NCBI GenBank assembly: GCA_963170165.1
Contig: CAUJGQ010000138.1
Location: forward strand, 95,690 to 159,689
DNA length: 64,000 nucleotides
Direction: 5' to 3'
Source of the DNA: Chloroflexota bacterium
GTDB taxonomy: Bacteria > Chloroflexota > Dehalococcoidia > CAUJGQ01
In this document: positions 1 to 9,045 of the stretch, piece by piece
How positions within the stretch are numbered: the stretch's first letter is position 1
Layout of the letters: the number at the start of each line of letters is the position of its first letter
The notes under the pieces: generated by a model
What the model was told of the DNA's origin: nothing
Databases searched by the model: none
Seen by the model: only the letters and a program-made list of their open reading frames with translations
Translations under genes and position numbers: made by a program

Positions 1-2650
1 GCGGCGTTCCGGCCGGCGCCCGCTCCAGCGTCTCCCACCGGCCAGCGTGCAGGTCCGGCAGCATCGCCGACACGTCAGCGTGACGCTTGACTGCGGCCGT
101 CACCACCGGCGCCAGCAGCGGGTAGCCGAGCAGGATCGCCCCAACCAGCAGCCCATCCTGGACCACCAGCTTGCGATAGCGGCGCGCCTCCGGCTCCTCC
201 AGCACGATCACGACGGCGCCTGCAGACGGCGCGTCAAACTGACCGACCGAAGCCATGTCCACTCCCACGACTTTCAGCAAGGTCGACGGGATCGAACCCT
301 CGTACGGTTTCTCCGCCCCGCCAGGAGCAAGGCAGTTGACGGCCACGATCTGCGCCTGTTCGGCAGCGACCGGCCACAGACCGTACACCTGGCCACGATG
401 CTCAGCGATGTCACCGGCAGCATAGATCACCGGGTCGCTGGTGCGCAGGTAGTCATCGACCCGCACACCGCGATTCACCGTCAGCCCTGCCTCGCGTGCC
501 AGTTCGATGTTCGGGGTAACGCCGGCCGCTACCAGGAGCAGGTCGCCGGGCAGTGTTCGGCCGTCCTTGAGTGTTACCTGCCGCAGCCGTCCTTCACCGC
601 TGACGCCTACCGTCTCCGCGCCGGTAACGATTTCCAGTCCCAGTCCTTCGAGAAACCCACGCAGCAGCTCACCACCGCGCTCATCAAGCTGCCGCCGCAG
701 GAGCGAGCCGCCACGCTCCAACACCGCCACGCGCAGCCCCAACTTGTGCAAGGCGTGGGCCGCCTCCAAGCCGAGCAGGCCGCCGCCCGCCACCAGCGCG
801 GCGCGGCAGCCGTGCTCCTGGGCGTAGGCTCGGATGGCGAAGGCGTCATCCGCCTCGCGCAGCACGAAGGTCCCCGGCAGGCCGAAACCCTCGATGGCGG
901 GCACCGTGCTCCGGCTACCCATTGCCAGCACCAGCCGGTCATAAGGCAGCGACTCACCCGTGCCCAGGGTGACTGTGCGTCGCTCGCGGTCAATCCCTGT
1001 GGCGCGGGTGTTGAGCCAGGTGGTAATTGCCAGGTCCTCGTACCACTGCTCCGCCTGAAGATACAGGCCCTGCATCGCCGAACGGCCGTAGATCAGCCGC
1101 TCTATCGCCATGCGGTTGTACAGGTGATGGCGCTCACGGGCGACGAGGTGGATCTCGGCGCCGGGATGGCGGCGGCGGACATGGTCGGCAGCGGTGACAC
1201 CGGCAACGCCGTTCCCGACGATCACCACGCGCTTGACCTCCGGGTCACGATTCGCGCCGGCGATCACTGATGACGAGAAGGTCTTGGGCCGTTCCGGCGC
1301 CAGCGACACGCTGACATCGCCGCGCACCCGGCAGACACAGGCCATGCGCGTGTTGCTCGCCAGCCCCAGCCGCTCCAGCGTGTTGCGCTCCTCAGCAGAG
1401 ATGGGCGAGCAGTTGTCCATGCCTTCGACGACGGCGACCGGGTCGGCGCCACACACCCCCATCCGGCAGCCGGACTCGATCTTCAGACCCGCCTGCTCGA
1501 CGACCTCCAGCAGCGAGCGGCCCGGCTCCACTACCACCCGCCTCTGCTCGTTGGGAAAGGTCACCTCCGGCCGGCCCAGCCCGGCGCGCTTGATCGCAAC
1601 GGAGCCGGCCATCGACAGCCGTGGCGCCAGGCCGGCAGGGGCGGACTCCCCAGCCAGGAAGCGCTGCTCTTTGCGGTAGGTGCGCCATAGCCACACGGCG
1701 GAGACAGCCAGCACCAGCGTCCGTACGCTCCACACCAGCGCATCCGGTGTGTCCGCCTCTACCGCCTCGGCGAAGTTCTCAGCCACCAGCGGGAAGGTGT
1801 ACCAGTAGTACAGGTTGATCGCCACCGCCCCGAACAGCGCCGCCACCTTGGCAGTGCTCACCTTGACGAACGTCTCCAGCAGAAAGAACAGGCCGATTCC
1901 CGCTGCGATGAAGAGCGCAAAGCGGGCGTACAACCCGTACCAGGCCAGATCGACCGGGGATGTGTAGAACGCCAGAATCAGCCCGGGAAAGCCACCGGCG
2001 AACACCTTGCGATAGGCACGGTAGCGGTCATCCGGGTCGTGCAGGTCGGCGAGGTAAGCGACGTGGGGATTGAAGTCATAGCAGTTCTTGGCGCAACCGA
2101 CACACGTCCGGCAGATACTGTTAGGCACCACGGCAAACGGTGTCTGACCGTAGACACGCTGGACGGGAAACAGCGGGCACACGCCGCTGCTACACCAGCC
2201 ACCCTTGCCTTTGAAGACCAACCCTCCGGCAAACGCGGCGGCCAGCACGCCGAGTATCAGCACCGCCAGCGCCGGACCGTTCTCGTTGAACGTCAGCTTG
2301 CGGGCCGGCACCACCGCCACGAAGATCGCCACGCCGATCACATAGCCGTACTCGCGTAGCCGGCGGGGCAGGGTCAATCCGCGGGTGAAGCCGAAGAAGC
2401 GCGGAATCTGGTGAATCGATGCGATCGGGCAGACGTTGCGCCACAGGCCAGGCGCCAGCAGCCACAGCGCCGGCAATAACGGCACCAGCAATCCCCACAC
2501 CAGCCACAACCCAGCACGTGGCCAGATGACCAGCAGCGCCACGACGCTGAGGGTGAAGGCGATGCTGCCCCAGCGCAGCCAATCCCACACCCGATGCGGC
2601 AGTGGCTGGCGCATCTGCGTGTAGTTGGGAAACACCGGCAGCGGTGTCAT
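1..2650 (-). CDS. Multidomain redox membrane protein, C-terminus truncated at window edge. N-terminal NapH/MauN-like polytopic 4Fe-4S polyferredoxin domain, central 2Fe-2S (HcnA/NuoG-type) domain, C-terminal NirB/HcnB-like FAD/NAD(P) pyridine-nucleotide-disulfide oxidoreductase domain.
   Basis: Own minus-strand translation; absent from the ORF track because its stop lies left of position 1. Start ATG at 2650..2648 preceded by GGGGGG. Seen motifs: WRNVCPIASIHQIPR, GKGGWCSSGVCPLFPVQRVYG, CRTCVGCAKNCYDFNP (CxxCxxCxxxC), CRMGVCGADPV...MACVCRV, then Rossmann VVIVGNGVAGVTAA, GGGLLGLEAAHAL, IYAAGDIAEH. No in-frame stops. The plus ORF 47..1270 is its antisense artefact. Confidence 0.7.
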   Translation of the reverse strand, partial: MTPLPVFPNYTQMRQPLPHRVWDWLRWGSIAFTLSVVALLVIWPRAGLWLVWGLLVPLLPALWLLAPGLWRNVCPIASIHQIPRFFGFTRGLTLPRRLREYGYVIGVAIFVAVVPARKLTFNENGPALAVLILGVLAAAFAGGLVFKGKGGWCSSGVCPLFPVQRVYGQTPFAVVPNSICRTCVGCAKNCYDFNPHVAYLADLHDPDDRYRAYRKVFAGGFPGLILAFYTSPVDLAWYGLYARFALFIAAGIGLFFLLETFVKVSTAKVAALFGAVAINLYYWYTFPLVAENFAEAVEADTPDALVWSVRTLVLAVSAVWLWRTYRKEQRFLAGESAPAGLAPRLSMAGSVAIKRAGLGRPEVTFPNEQRRVVVEPGRSLLEVVEQAGLKIESGCRMGVCGADPVAVVEGMDNCSPISAEERNTLERLGLASNTRMACVCRVRGDVSVSLAPERPKTFSSSVIAGANRDPEVKRVVIVGNGVAGVTAADHVRRRHPGAEIHLVARERHHLYNRMAIERLIYGRSAMQGLYLQAEQWYEDLAITTWLNTRATGIDRERRTVTLGTGESLPYDRLVLAMGSRSTVPAIEGFGLPGTFVLREADDAFAIRAYAQEHGCRAALVAGGGLLGLEAAHALHKLGLRVAVLERGGSLLRRQLDERGGELLRGFLEGLGLEIVTGAETVGVSGEGRLRQVTLKDGRTLPGDLLLVAAGVTPNIELAREAGLTVNRGVRVDDYLRTSDPVIYAAGDIAEHRGQVYGLWPVAAEQAQIVAVNCLAPGGAEKPYEGSIPSTLLKVVGVDMASVGQFDAPSAGAVVIVLEEPEARRYRKLVVQDGLLVGAILLGYPLLAPVVTAAVKRHADVSAMLPDLHAGRWETLERAPAGTP

Positions 2651-2684
2651 CACGCCCCCCAGGCGGGCTAAACGCTTGCCTTGC

Positions 2685-3140
2685 TCAGCGGCCCGCACGC
2701 TGGTGGCGTAGCCGCGCCGCCAGCAGCCGGCCGAGATCGAGCAGCACCAGGCGGGCAAGGTTGGGCTCGCGGGCGCCCATCACGGAAAAGGCCTCGAAGC
2801 TCAGACAGAACACCTCGGCCTCGCTCAGCGCGCGTACTTCGGCCGGCGCGGGGAGGCCGTCCAAAAACGTCAACTCACCAAACACGGCGCCGGCCGGCAG
2901 GCTGATTGACTCGCCGTCCGGCGCGACGGATTCGAGCTGTCCATCCGCGACCAGGTGCAGCACCCGGCTGGCCGAGCCGGCGGGCAGCACCACATCTCCG
3001 GCCATCAGCCGCAGCATGGTGCAGTAGCCAAGCAGGCGCAGCCATTCCTCGCCGTCCAGCGCGGCCAGGAACTCGGCAGACGGCGGGGCCGCGGGGCCGC
3101 CGAGGGCACCTGTATAGTCGAAATACGAGGCGAAGGTCAC
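2685..3140 (-). CDS. Standalone cyclic-nucleotide-binding domain protein (Crp/Fnr-type effector domain, no HTH)
   Basis: C-terminal part of track ORF 2685..3371. cNMP-binding motifs FGELTFLDGLPAPAEVRALSEAEVFCLSFEAF. Start set to GTG at 3140 after RBS AGAGGGGAG; the upstream part of the ORF looks non-coding. An internal ATG (MLRLMAG) is an alternative start. Confidence 0.65.
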   Translation of the reverse strand: MTFASYFDYTGALGGPAAPPSAEFLAALDGEEWLRLLGYCTMLRLMAGDVVLPAGSASRVLHLVADGQLESVAPDGESISLPAGAVFGELTFLDGLPAPAEVRALSEAEVFCLSFEAFSVMGAREPNLARLVLLDLGRLLAARLRHQRAGR

Positions 3141-3372
3141 GGCGCGCTCCCCTCTGTTGCCGCTCAGCCCGGCGCTCCGTGCGCAGCAGTATACCCCGTT
3201 CTCTCCCGGATGCGAGCATACTGGACCGGGCCTTTTCCGCGGCTGAAGATTGGCGACTGTCGCCTGAAGGCGAACTGAATCCTGCCGCGCAGGTGTCGTG
3301 TTCGCCGCAGAACTGCCGGCGCAGACGCACGGCCGTAGTATCAGCGCATGATCAGCCAGCAGGAGGCACACT

Positions 3373-3582
3373 ATGTCGCGGACCTATCTCCCAGCAGTGT
3401 TCATCGGCCAGCCGGACCCCAGCTCGTTCCACATTCCGCCGGTCTTCACCCGGCTGCCTGGTGGGCTCACGGGCGGTGGCGCTACCACGCTGATGTATCC
3501 CTCGGACAACGCCAGTGGCGGCGCCGGCAGCGGCGGCTACACGACGCTGATGTACCCGTCAGACAGCGGCACGGGCCGTTAG
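3373..3582 (+). CDS. Graspetide (microviridin/marinostatin-like omega-ester RiPP) precursor peptide with tandem duplicated core
   Basis: 69 aa, RBS AGGAGG at 3361-3366 with 6-nt spacer. Leader PPVFTRLPGG resembles the microviridin leader PFFARFL. Two TTLMYPSD cores match microviridin T-x-K-Y-P-S-D and marinostatin TMRYPSD. An ATP-grasp gene follows directly. Confidence 0.7.
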   Translation: MSRTYLPAVFIGQPDPSSFHIPPVFTRLPGGLTGGGATTLMYPSDNASGGAGSGGYTTLMYPSDSGTGR

Positions 3583-3587
3583 CATCA

Positions 3588-3630
3588 CGCGCCGGTGCGG
3601 GCTCGGGCCTGTACCGGCGCGTTTCTCTGT
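3588..3630 (+). terminator. Intrinsic terminator/attenuator between precursor and ATP-grasp gene
   Basis: 9-bp perfect stem CGCGCCGGT/ACCGGCGCG (3588-3596 / 3613-3621) with 16-nt loop, followed by TTTCTCTGT (3622-3630). The ATP-grasp RBS GGAGGTGGG follows at 3633-3641. Confidence 0.55.
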
Positions 3631-3643
3631 CCGGAGGTGGGTC

Positions 3644-4609
3644 ATGCCGCACCGAACCGTCGCGATCTGCAGCATTGCGGGCGACCCGCACGCCCGCGCC
3701 GTCCGCGAGGCGCTTCGTACCTATCCCGGTGTCACCTGCGTCCTGATTGACACGGACCGGCTCGCAGGCACGGATGGCCTCACCTGGCTGGACAGCGACC
3801 TCGGCGGTAGCGCCACCGTCCTCAGCGAAGGCGGCACGCCGGTCCGCATCCACGACCTCGCCGCCATCTGGTGGCGGCGGGTGGAGTTCGCCCAACACCT
3901 GCCGGAGGGTATCACCGCGCCGGCGCATGTTGACCTGATCAACAACGACGTCAACGCGGCGCTGCTCGGCGCCCTGTTGACGGAATTTCGCGGCGCTTGG
4001 GTGAACGATCCCACCCCGGGGCGGCTGGCAGAGAACAAGCTAGTACAACTGCGGGCGGCGCGGGCGGCGGGCCTGCGCGTTCCCGACACGCTGGTGAGCC
4101 AGGACCCGGCCGCCATTCGCCGGTTCTGCGCCGAACGGGACGGCCGGGTGGTGATCAAGCCGGTACGCGGCACAATCCATGCGCCGCTAGTCACACAGGT
4201 GATCACGGCGGAGCACCTGGCTTCAGACGAGGCGCTGCGCCTGTGCCCAGCGATCTATCAGGCGTTCGTACCCGGCAACCGCCACATCCGTGCCCATATC
4301 TTTGGTGACACGATCTACGCGGTGCAGATTGAATCCGACGACCTCGATTGGCGCGCCAATCTCGGGATTCCCTTCCGCCCGGTGACGCTGGCGCCGGCGG
4401 TGCACGACCGGCTGCTGGCGATCACCCGCGCCCTTGGCCTGCGCATGGGTGTGGTCGATCTCAAGCTCGACGATGACGGTGAGGAGCCGGTGTGGCTGGA
4501 GATCAACCCCCAGGGACAGTTTCTCTTCGCCGAGGGTCTGAGCGGCCTGGAACTGACCGCCGCCTTCGCGCGCTTCCTGTACGACGAGGCCGCCGGCAAC
4601 CAGCCGTAA
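3644..4609 (+). CDS. ATP-grasp ligase (RimK/MdnC-like graspetide macrolactone synthetase)
   Basis: 321 aa. ATP-grasp signatures ENKLVQLRAARAAGLRVPDT, VVIKPVRGT, DLKLDDDGEEPVWLEINPQGQF. Sits 61 nt downstream of the precursor. Confidence 0.85.
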   Translation: MPHRTVAICSIAGDPHARAVREALRTYPGVTCVLIDTDRLAGTDGLTWLDSDLGGSATVLSEGGTPVRIHDLAAIWWRRVEFAQHLPEGITAPAHVDLINNDVNAALLGALLTEFRGAWVNDPTPGRLAENKLVQLRAARAAGLRVPDTLVSQDPAAIRRFCAERDGRVVIKPVRGTIHAPLVTQVITAEHLASDEALRLCPAIYQAFVPGNRHIRAHIFGDTIYAVQIESDDLDWRANLGIPFRPVTLAPAVHDRLLAITRALGLRMGVVDLKLDDDGEEPVWLEINPQGQFLFAEGLSGLELTAAFARFLYDEAAGNQP

Positions 4610-4623
4610 TCGGGGGCCGTTTG

Positions 4624-4650
4624 GGCCGGCCGGAAATAGGTAGCCGGCCG
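4624..4650. terminator. GC-rich hairpin between convergent ATP-grasp and acnA genes, probable bidirectional terminator
   Basis: 7-bp stem CGGCCGG/CCGGCCG with about 10-nt loop, preceded by GTTTGGG on the plus strand. Confidence 0.35.
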
Positions 4651-4725
4651 TCGGGAGGGGCGCGCGGCCGGCCACTGCCCGCTACCTCCTCCCCCCGACC
4701 GCCTACCCCGTACTCCCTTGGCCTG

Positions 4726-7470
4726 TTACTGCTTCAGCAGGCGGCGCAGCACGTACGGCAGGATGCCGCCGTGGCGGTAATACTCAACCTCGATCTTGGA
4801 GTCGATGCGGCAGACTGCCCTGAAATCGCGGGTGCTGCCGTCCTCAGCGGTGGCGGTAACGGTCAGCAGCTTGCGCGGGTGCAGGTCTTGAGCAACCCCG
4901 GTGATGGCAAACGCCTCACGACCGGTGAGGCCGAGCGAGGCCACGCTCTCACCGGGCATGAACTCCAGTGGCAGCACGCCCATGCCGACCAGGTTTGAGC
5001 GATGGATTCGCTCATAGCTCTCGGCGATCACGGCGCGCACACCCAGCAGCAGCGTGCCTTTGGCCGCCCAGTCACGCGAGGAGCCGGAGCCGTACTCCTT
5101 GCCAGCCAGGATCACGAGCGGCGTCCCTTCCGCCTGGTACTTCATCGAGGCGTCATAGATCGCCATCTCCTCGCCGTCGGGCAGGTGGCGGGTGTAGAAG
5201 CCTTCCTTGGGCGCAACAAGCTGGTTGCGCAGGCGGATATTGCCAAAGGTGCCGCGCATCATCACCTCGTGGTTACCGCGGCGGGAGCCATACGAGTTGA
5301 AGTCGGTGGGGTCCACCTCCTTCTGAATCAGGAACTTGCCCGCCGGGCTGTTGACAGCGATATCACCCGCGGGGGAGATGTGGTCGGTGGTGATGGAGTC
5401 GCCCAGCACCGCCATTACCCGCGCGCCCGCCACATCCTCCGGCTGTCCCGGCTCCTCGGACATATTGATGAAGTAGGGCGGCTCCTGGATGTAGGTGGAA
5501 TCGACGTCCCACTGGAACAGCGCCCCCTCCGGCGCCGGCATCGAGCGCCACTGTTCGTCGCCGGCAAACACGACTTCGTATGACCTGCGGAACACCTCCG
5601 GCGTCACCGCCCCGGCGATGGCGTCCGCCACCTCACCCTGTGAGGGCCAGATCTCGCGCAGATAGACCGGGTTGCCGTTCGGGTCGTGACCGATGGGTTG
5701 GGTGGTAAGATCGATGTCCACCGTGCCCGCCAGGGCATACGCCACCACCAGCGGCGGCGACGCGAGGAAACTGGCGCGCACCAGCGGGTTGATCCGCCCC
5801 TCGAAGTTGCGGTTACCGGACAGTACCGAGGCCGAGATCAACTGATGTTCCTGCACCGCCTTCGCCACCGGCGCCACCAGCGGGCCGGAGTTGCCGATGC
5901 AGGTCGTGCAACCGTAACCGACCAGGTGGAAGTTGAGCGCCTCCAGGAACGGCGTCAGCCCGGCGTTGTCTAGATAGTCCGTCACGGCGCGGGAGCCGGG
6001 GGCCAGACTGGTCTTGACGTACGGCTTCACCTTCAGGCCGCGCTCGACCGCCTTCTTCGCCAGCAGGCCAGCGCCGATCATCACCGCCGGGTTACTGGTG
6101 TTGGTGCAACTGGTAATCGCCGCGATCACCACCGCGCCATGGTCCAGGGTCACCCGTTCGCCGTACAGCTCTACCTCCACACCGGTCTTATTGGCGGTGG
6201 CAACCGCGGCAGCGCCCTCGGGTCCGCCAACGCTGGCGCCGTCAGTAGAGGAGAACGTCTCGGGGTAAGCGGCGCGAAAGGTCGTACCGGCGTTCGCCAG
6301 CGTCATACGATCCTGCGGGCGGCGCGGTCCCGCCATCGAAGGCTGGATGGTGGCCAGGTCAATTTCCAATTGCTCGTCGTATACGGCATCCGGCGTCGCG
6401 TCGGTGCGGAACAGCCCTTGCGCGCGACAGTACTCTTCCACAAAGGCGACGTGGTGCGGGTCGCGGCCGGTAAGCAGCAGGTACTTGACGGTCTCGGCAT
6501 CCACCGGGAACAACGCCGAAGTGGCGCCGTACTCCGGGCACATGTTGCTGATGGTGGCGCGGTCGGCCAGCGGCAGGCCGGTCAGCCCCGGGCCGTAGAA
6601 CTCGACAAACTTGCCCACCACGCCATGCTTGCGCAGCGCCTGGGTGACGGTTAGCACCAGGTCCGTTGCGGTGGTGCCCTCTGGCAGCGCGCCGGTCAGG
6701 CGCACACCGACAACCACCGGTGGCAGCAGGTAGAACGGCTGCCCGAGCAGCACTGCCTCCGCCTCGATGCCGCCGACGCCCCAGCCCAGCACGCCAAGGC
6801 CGTTGATCATCGTCGTGTGCGAGTCGGTGCCAACCAGCGTATCCGGGAAGGCGAGTGTCTCGCCGCCCTCAATCTTCGTCGCAACGACCGACGCGAGGTA
6901 CTCCAGGTTCACCTGATGGACGATGCCGGTGCCAGGCGGCACCACCCGGAAGTTTTGCAGTGCTCCCTGTGCCCAGCGCAGCAGCGCATAGCGCTCGCCG
7001 TTGCGCTCGTACTCGCGCTCGACGTTCGCCTTGAACGCGCCGATCGTGCCAAATTGGTCCACCATCACCGAGTGGTCAATCACCAGGTCGGCAGGCGACA
7101 GCGGGTTGATGCGCTGTGGATCCCCGCCCAGCCGGGCCACCGCTGAACGCATCGCCGCCAGGTCTACCACGCAGGGCACACCGGTAAAGTCCTGGAAGAC
7201 CACGCGGTATGGCAGATACGGGAACTCCTGTCCCGCCCCTTCCGTGCCGCGCCGCGCCAGCGTCAGCACATCTTCCTCGGTGACGAAATGGCCATCCACC
7301 TGCCGTAGCAGGTTCTCTACCAGGATCTTGACCGTGACCGGCATCCGGTCCAGGTCTATCCCTGGCCGCCCGCGCAACGCCTCCAGCGCGAAGTACGTCA
7401 CCGTCTGGCCTGTGGTAGCCGACGATAGGGTGGCACGTGCGCCGAACGGGTTGATGCTCGCCTCTGCCAT
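4726..7470 (-). CDS. acnA: Aconitate hydratase A (aconitase/IRP family)
   Basis: 914 aa, full-length aconitase A architecture, uninterrupted ORF with typical aconitase-family sequence throughout. Confidence 0.95.
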   Translation of the reverse strand: MAEASINPFGARATLSSATTGQTVTYFALEALRGRPGIDLDRMPVTVKILVENLLRQVDGHFVTEEDVLTLARRGTEGAGQEFPYLPYRVVFQDFTGVPCVVDLAAMRSAVARLGGDPQRINPLSPADLVIDHSVMVDQFGTIGAFKANVEREYERNGERYALLRWAQGALQNFRVVPPGTGIVHQVNLEYLASVVATKIEGGETLAFPDTLVGTDSHTTMINGLGVLGWGVGGIEAEAVLLGQPFYLLPPVVVGVRLTGALPEGTTATDLVLTVTQALRKHGVVGKFVEFYGPGLTGLPLADRATISNMCPEYGATSALFPVDAETVKYLLLTGRDPHHVAFVEEYCRAQGLFRTDATPDAVYDEQLEIDLATIQPSMAGPRRPQDRMTLANAGTTFRAAYPETFSSTDGASVGGPEGAAAVATANKTGVEVELYGERVTLDHGAVVIAAITSCTNTSNPAVMIGAGLLAKKAVERGLKVKPYVKTSLAPGSRAVTDYLDNAGLTPFLEALNFHLVGYGCTTCIGNSGPLVAPVAKAVQEHQLISASVLSGNRNFEGRINPLVRASFLASPPLVVAYALAGTVDIDLTTQPIGHDPNGNPVYLREIWPSQGEVADAIAGAVTPEVFRRSYEVVFAGDEQWRSMPAPEGALFQWDVDSTYIQEPPYFINMSEEPGQPEDVAGARVMAVLGDSITTDHISPAGDIAVNSPAGKFLIQKEVDPTDFNSYGSRRGNHEVMMRGTFGNIRLRNQLVAPKEGFYTRHLPDGEEMAIYDASMKYQAEGTPLVILAGKEYGSGSSRDWAAKGTLLLGVRAVIAESYERIHRSNLVGMGVLPLEFMPGESVASLGLTGREAFAITGVAQDLHPRKLLTVTATAEDGSTRDFRAVCRIDSKIEVEYYRHGGILPYVLRRLLKQ

Positions 7471-7751
7471 GTGCTGCTCCCATCAGAACGGGCGGCCGCG
7501 CGCCCGAGGATTGCCGTGGTTGCACCAAGAGGATACGCCGGTGGCGCGTTGTGCGCGGCACGCTGCCCCCCCACCTGCCGGCGGCGCGCGCACTGCCTCC
7601 TGCGCAATGGGTTAACCAGCGCGGCGCCACCTCAGTCAACCCCCGTGCACGAGGAATGCCTGCAGGGCAGGGAATCCGGCCCCTCGGCCGCCCCTCAGCT
7701 ATAGTGAGACGCGCGGCGCCGCATGGGGAACTGCCGGATCTGCATACCGGT

Positions 7752-8681
7752 ATGCGCCGCGCGAGGTGCGCCGTGCTCGATCTACTAGAGACGCTGTGCG
7801 CCGTCGCGGACACGGGTAGCCTCAGCCGCGCTGCTGAACGGCTGCACCGCACACAGCCGGCGGTCACGCGCCAGGTGCAAGCGCTAGAGCGGCAGTTGGG
7901 CGCCGTGCTGGTGCTGCGCACGCCACACGGGGTCGAGCTCACCCCTGCCGGTCTGGCGGTGCTGCCGCACGCCCGCGCCACCATGACCGCCGTCCGCGCG
8001 CTCCGCGAGGCAGCGGCAACCGCCTCCGGCAACTCGCCGTCTGCGCTGCGCCTTGCTGCCGGACTGATGGCGATGCAGTACATCTTGCCGCCGGTGCTGG
8101 CTCGTTTTCACGAACGGTTCCCCGACATCGAGATTGATCTTCAGCCGGCCCACCAGCGCGTCGCGGTCGAGCGATTGTTGCGGTATGAGGTCGATGCGGC
8201 GGTGATCGCCAGCCCGGTGCGCAGCGCCCAGGTCCGGGCGATACCGCTGATCCATGACCCGCTGATGGCGGTACGCGCGGCGCCGGCGCCGCCCGACCCG
8301 ATGACGCTGCACGACTTCGCCGGGACTGCGCTGCTGGTCCTGGCGGCCGGCACCGGAATGTATGAACAGGTCGACGCGGCGTTGAGAGAGCGGGGAGTTA
8401 CCTGCAAGCTGGTGGAACATCCCACCGCGGAGACGATCAAGACCGCGCTGTCCCTGGGTTCCGCCGTCTCGATTCTTCCCGCCTCGGCGATACGGGATGA
8501 GGTGCAGGCGGGGACGCTGGTGGCACGGCCGATCACCGGCTGGCGCGAGGCGCGGCGTACCGTGCGGCTATTGGTGCGCGCCGAGGGCCGCCCGCCCGCC
8601 GCGGTGACCGCGCTGCTGGATCTGTTGCGCGCGCAGTACGGCCAGCCGGCGCGCGGGCGTGCCGTAGCCGGGTTACACTAG
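7752..8681 (+). CDS. LysR-family transcriptional regulator
   Basis: N-terminal HTH LDLLETLCAVADTGSLSRAAERLHRTQPAVTRQVQALE plus LysR substrate-binding domain. Start moved to ATG 7752 (MRRARCAV) inside track ORF 7551..8681. Divergent from acnA. Confidence 0.8.
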   Translation: MRRARCAVLDLLETLCAVADTGSLSRAAERLHRTQPAVTRQVQALERQLGAVLVLRTPHGVELTPAGLAVLPHARATMTAVRALREAAATASGNSPSALRLAAGLMAMQYILPPVLARFHERFPDIEIDLQPAHQRVAVERLLRYEVDAAVIASPVRSAQVRAIPLIHDPLMAVRAAPAPPDPMTLHDFAGTALLVLAAGTGMYEQVDAALRERGVTCKLVEHPTAETIKTALSLGSAVSILPASAIRDEVQAGTLVARPITGWREARRTVRLLVRAEGRPPAAVTALLDLLRAQYGQPARGRAVAGLH

Positions 8682-8685
8682 CGTC

Positions 8686-9045
8686 ATGTCTGACCCCAAT
8701 AGCCGCCTGGTCTACTCCACCGATGGCGGGCGCGTCCGGCACGACGACGGCCGTCCGGCGAAGGCTGCGCCACTCAAACCGAAGCCACGGGCTGGATTCC
8801 CGGATGACGGCGTGGTGCGCGTGATGCGCGAGCGCGGCGGCCGTGGCGGCAAGGTGGTGACCATCGTCCGCGGGCTGCCCCAGCGTGGCGGCGACCTGGA
8901 GGTGCTGACGCTGGAGCTGAAACGGCTGTGCGGCGCCGGCGGCACGGTGAAGGGCGCCGTCGTCGAAATCCAGGGCGACCACCGTGAGCGGGTCGCCGCC
9001 CGGTTGCAGGCACTTGGCTACACCGTCAAGCTTGCGGGAGGCTAG
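8686..9045 (+). CDS. Translation initiation factor SUI1/YciH family protein
   Basis: 119 aa; SUI1 motifs VRVMRERGGRGGKVVTIVRGL, LKRLCGAGGTVKG. Confidence 0.8.
   Translation: MSDPNSRLVYSTDGGRVRHDDGRPAKAAPLKPKPRAGFPDDGVVRVMRERGGRGGKVVTIVRGLPQRGGDLEVLTLELKRLCGAGGTVKGAVVEIQGDHRERVAARLQALGYTVKLAGG

Noticed and set aside
47-1270. 407-aa plus-strand ORF, Arg/His/Gln-rich
   Set aside because: Composition is typical of antisense reading of high-GC coding DNA. The opposite strand encodes a coherent membrane-ferredoxin-flavoprotein with recognisable motifs.
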